A stretch of DNA of 63,762 bases, the filler included. It is 13 parts of 13 records of this genome, joined end to end, with 100 filler letters (N's around TTAATTAATTAA, not from the genome) between each part and the next. Parts side by side here need not be neighbours in the genome. Positions count along the whole stretch, not along the records: positions 51,976 to 63,762 come from SRR9670534_1200; 12 more parts are not named here. One strand, written 5' to 3'. The notes beneath the pieces were generated by a model, which was given only the letters and a program-made list of their open reading frames with translations, ran no database searches and was not told the origin of the DNA. This document shows, piece by piece, positions 60,589-63,762 of this stretch. A program made the position numbers and the translations under genes. Position 1 is the first letter of the stretch; every line of letters starts with the position of its first letter.

Positions 60589-61353
60589 ATGCGTTCTTAT
60601 CTCTCTCATTTTTTTCATATGTTTTTCCTTGATGCTAAATTAATTCGAAGGGATAGCTTTTTTCTTCTTCTTTTTTCATTTATTTTTATTTTGAGTATTG
60701 CCCTTCGCTATTTCCTTCCCGCTACTAATGAATTTTTTAGCAATTTACTTCGTCAATATGGCTATCAAATGGAATTTTCTCACTTTCATCCGCTTATTGT
60801 CTCTTATGTTGCAATTTATTCTTCTGCTATTATGGCGGGATTATTTTATGCTTTTATTATGCTTGATGAAAAGGAAAGTCTTGTCACTAAGGCTATTCTT
60901 GTCTCTCCCCTTGCTTTGTCTCATTACTTTTCTTATAAAGTAATTATTACTTTTATCGCTTCTTTTTTCATCATCTTATTGGAAATCTTTATTATTAATA
61001 ATAGTATTCCTCCCCTTATTCCTTTGATTTTCATTAGCCTTGGAGCCTCTTTAGCAGGGCCCATTGCTGCCTTTTTTTTAGCGAGCTTTGCCGAGGATAA
61101 GGTGCAGGCTTTTGCTTATGGGAAATTTATTGGATTTGTTGGGTTTTTGACTTTTGTCTCTTTTTTCATCAGCCCTCCTCATCAATTCTTCTTTGGAATT
61201 TATCCTCCATTTTGGATTGTCAAATCCCATTGGGCTGTGCTTGACGGAGATCCCCTATGGAAGTACTACCTTCTCATAGGGGTGATATCTCAAATTGTTC
61301 TTATTTTCTTTCTTGTAAGACGCTACTCTTACGCAATTTATGCCAGTAATTAG
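60589..61353 (+). CDS. ABC-2 exporter permease 2
   Basis: D.K.I.RD, MLDEKE....A..VSP, A.DKVQAFA..K, PPFW..K. Confidence 0.88.
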   Translation: MRSYLSHFFHMFFLDAKLIRRDSFFLLLFSFIFILSIALRYFLPATNEFFSNLLRQYGYQMEFSHFHPLIVSYVAIYSSAIMAGLFYAFIMLDEKESLVTKAILVSPLALSHYFSYKVIITFIASFFIILLEIFIINNSIPPLIPLIFISLGASLAGPIAAFFLASFAEDKVQAFAYGKFIGFVGFLTFVSFFISPPHQFFFGIYPPFWIVKSHWAVLDGDPLWKYYLLIGVISQIVLIFFLVRRYSYAIYASN

Positions 61354-61389
61354 AACGCTATTTAATTTTATATAAATGCTCTTGGCCAA

Positions 61390-62544
61390 TTAAAGTGCTT
61401 TTTCTAATATAGTTCGCGCCTCTTTTTCGTAAATGGATCCTCTTTCTCCAATGGGTAAGGGGACATTTTTCTTCAGAAATTGAAGAATTTCTTCGATGGA
61501 TTCTTCTCCTAGATCCACATCACTTAAGGAGATGGGAAGTCCAATACTTTGAAAAAATTCTTCTGTCATTTTAATCGCTTTGTCTATACGACTTTCTTTA
61601 TCACCCTCTTGAATATTGAAGATTCGAGCGCCATATTGGAGCAATTTTTCCTCTTTGTCTTTTCGTCGAGCTTTCATAACCGCAGGAAGAATAATTGATA
61701 AAGTCCTTCCGTGATCAATCCCATATAATCCCGTTAATTGATGACCAATTTGATGACTTACCCAATCATTGGGAATTCCCGCTTTTCCAAAGCCATTTAA
61801 TGCCATGCTTGCTGCGAGCATAATATTAGCTCGAATACCCAGATCCTCAGGATGGGAGAAAATCCTTTTTCCCTCTTCAATAAGGGTCAGAAGAATGCCT
61901 TCTGCAAATCTGTCATGAATTTTTCCTCCCTCAATGGGATAAGTAAGGTATTGTTCCATAACGTGAACATAAGCATCGACAATGCCATTTTCAATTTGTC
62001 TTCTTGGCAGAGTCAAAGTTGTTGTCGGATCAAGGACGGCAAAAATCGGTCTGATTTTTGGATGGGCATAGGCAACCTTGTCTTTTCCTCTTGTAATAAC
62101 GAAGTTAAGATTTGTTTCAGACCCGGTTGCAGGAAGGGTTAGCACACAGGCAAGGGGTAAAATTTTCCCTGCTTTATGTCCTTTTGTCATAATATCCCAA
62201 GGATCTCCATTTTCATAATGCGCTGCTAATGCAATGAATTTTGTCGCATCAACAACCGATCCGCCTCCTACCGCAAGAAGATAATCATAAGCTTCTTCTT
62301 GAATCTTCTTAACAGCTTTCATTAAAGTATCGTAGCGAGGATTTGGCTCTATGCCAGAAAATTCTCCCCAACGATGCTCTTTTAAAGCCTTCTTTACTTG
62401 CTCAAAAACGCCATTTTTTTTAATGGATCCGCCCCCATAAAGGACAAGAATTTTTTTGTCTTTGGGAATGTCTCGTGTAATTTCTTTAATTTTCCCTTCT
62501 CCAAAATGAATACGGGTTGTGTTTTCATATGTAAATTTTAACAT
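61390..62544 (-). CDS. yqhD: Iron-containing (type III) NADPH alcohol dehydrogenase, YqhD/BdhA-like
   Basis: YGGGSIK, GIEPNP, AVGGGSVVD, TLPATGSE, HVMEQY, HQIGH, DHG. Confidence 0.88.
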   Translation of the reverse strand: MLKFTYENTTRIHFGEGKIKEITRDIPKDKKILVLYGGGSIKKNGVFEQVKKALKEHRWGEFSGIEPNPRYDTLMKAVKKIQEEAYDYLLAVGGGSVVDATKFIALAAHYENGDPWDIMTKGHKAGKILPLACVLTLPATGSETNLNFVITRGKDKVAYAHPKIRPIFAVLDPTTTLTLPRRQIENGIVDAYVHVMEQYLTYPIEGGKIHDRFAEGILLTLIEEGKRIFSHPEDLGIRANIMLAASMALNGFGKAGIPNDWVSHQIGHQLTGLYGIDHGRTLSIILPAVMKARRKDKEEKLLQYGARIFNIQEGDKESRIDKAIKMTEEFFQSIGLPISLSDVDLGEESIEEILQFLKKNVPLPIGERGSIYEKEARTILEKAL

Positions 62545-62565
62545 TGACTCCTCCTTTGTAAATCA

Positions 62566-63489
62566 TTAATACAATACTTTCTTTTTCAAGTGGAATTTCT
62601 TCGAGCTTTTTTTCCTTCTTATAGAATATATTCTCTTAAATCGTTTTCCTGTGATAAATAATTCGGCTTTATCGTTCCCTTTTTCTGCTTTATAGGCAAT
62701 GCCGTTTAATACATTATCTGCACTTTGCTCGTTAAGGGATTTATTATAGAGAAAATCCTTCTCTTTGTCAATAATTATCTGACAATCAATGATTTCCCTT
62801 ACAATCCCTTCATTATAATCAAATACAATAAGATAATCTTTTTTCCATACATTAATATAAAAAAGGCCATTAATGAAAGCAAGGGCGTTGAGATATTGCA
62901 TTTTTTCTCCTTGGATGAGGACGGCTTTTTTCTCTATTATTTTAAAATCCTCATTCCCTTTGTAAAGAAAATGAGACCCGTCTGTCATATAAAGAAATTC
63001 GCCATCAGATGCTAATCCCCATCCCTCCTTTTGAGGTAAATTAATACTTTTTGCCTTGGTTAATGGATTGAGATCCGTATCGAAAAGGAAAAGTTTTTGA
63101 GATTTCCACGTTAAGGCGTAAATTTTTCCTTTGTGAAAAGTTATTCCTTCTAAAAAAATTGGCATATTGGGAAGATTGACATCGCGTTTTTTTTCCAATA
63201 TACTAGGATAATATTTCCCATTATTTTCCCGATTTCCTACTTTGAATTTGATAATATAAGATTTGCGAAAGAGCCCTGAGGATTCGTAAAAAAATCCATT
63301 AAGATAAAAAAATCCTTGAACAAAAGGGGGCGTTGCCGTTTTGAGATCTACTAAATGTTCAATGCTTCTTTTAATAAAAACTTCTGAGATAAGAGGCTCT
63401 GCTTTGCGGAGGCTCTTATCTGTGAAAGAAGACTGCGCATAGGTCAGGCTTAGGCTAAGAGTAATCGTTAATGTGAGATTTCTGAGCAT
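62566..63489 (-). CDS. Secreted bacterial/plant-type glutaminyl-peptide cyclotransferase (beta-propeller)
   Basis: Signal peptide; FVQG, YESSGL, FLEGIT, LTWK, EGWGL, DGS, INVW, VLNGIAY, ITGK. Confidence 0.85.
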   Translation of the reverse strand: MLRNLTLTITLSLSLTYAQSSFTDKSLRKAEPLISEVFIKRSIEHLVDLKTATPPFVQGFFYLNGFFYESSGLFRKSYIIKFKVGNRENNGKYYPSILEKKRDVNLPNMPIFLEGITFHKGKIYALTWKSQKLFLFDTDLNPLTKAKSINLPQKEGWGLASDGEFLYMTDGSHFLYKGNEDFKIIEKKAVLIQGEKMQYLNALAFINGLFYINVWKKDYLIVFDYNEGIVREIIDCQIIIDKEKDFLYNKSLNEQSADNVLNGIAYKAEKGNDKAELFITGKRFKRIYSIRRKKSSKKFHLKKKVLY

Positions 63490-63501
63490 AAGAACAAGAA
63501 A

Positions 63502-63588
63502 CGGAGAGAGAGGGATTCGAACCCCCGGTACCGGTTAAAGTACATCGGTTTTCAAGACCGCCGCTTTCGACCACTCAGCCATCTCTCC
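63502..63588 (-). tRNA. tRNA-Ser(UGA), CCA not encoded
   Basis: Reverse complement GGAGAGATGGCTGAGTGG...GCGGT-CTTGAAA-ACCGA, long variable arm, GGTTCGAATCC, G discriminator. Confidence 0.96.
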
Positions 63589-63599
63589 ATTTTAGAAAT

Positions 63600-63628
63600 A
63601 TTTTACCTTAAAGCTTGCTATCTGTCAA
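63600..63628 (-). promoter_or_regulatory. Near-consensus sigma70 promoter for tRNA-Ser (and possibly QC-yqhD)
   Basis: TTGACA-17 nt-TAAAAT, 11 nt upstream of the tRNA 5' end. Confidence 0.8.
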
Positions 63629-63762
63629 GAATCTTTCCTGATAATTATGCATAAAAGAAAAGAGTGCTTTTTCAATTTCTTTCCTTTTCTTTTGTGTTTT
63701 TTCCCCAAAAGATGCTAAAATAAAGCCATGACTTGTGATGTTGTTTTTGGTGGACAGTGGGG

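Noticed and set aside
63502-63588. tRNA as selenocysteine/suppressor tRNA or integration site
   Set aside because: Anticodon UGA reads UCA (Ser) with ordinary structure; no integrase or duplicated 3' end in the window.

Overview
This window is not one locus. It is 13 unrelated contigs joined by twelve identical artificial 100-nt spacers (44 N + TTAATTAATTAA + 44 N), so adjacency across spacers means nothing. Contigs 1-12 (1-51875) come from a compact, very AT-rich animal with mostly ~45-100 nt GT-AG introns, probably a bilaterian (ADMP, UNC80, peptide GPCRs). I assembled these spliced genes by eye: CLASP, LARGE, POP7/Rpp20, ADMP, CHCHD1, UNC80, a tetraspanin, an arylsulfatase, two class A GPCRs, a GABA-B-like Venus-flytrap receptor, an HSD17B12-like SDR and several orphans. 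Contig 13 (51976-63762) is an intronless bacterial fragment, probably a divergent spirochaete: secY-infA-rpmJ-rpsM-rpsK-rpoA-rplQ-priA, an IS1595-derived ORF, an ABC-2 exporter, a YqhD-like ADH, a glutaminyl cyclase and tRNA-Ser. The best novelty candidates are: (1) a family of death-fold/CARD-like non-RD kinases, one of which splices in frame onto tandem MATH/TRAF domains next to an SH2-pseudokinase; (2) a secreted protein of at least 5 tandem six-Cys modules with RGM-N/neuritin-like spacing; (3) tiny CA...TG insertions with 8-bp target duplications resembling P-element excision footprints; (4) an over-represented CTCF-like motif; (5) a bacterial RpoA whose alpha-CTD DNA-binding motif is degenerate. 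All calls rest on motif recognition by eye; no searches were run.
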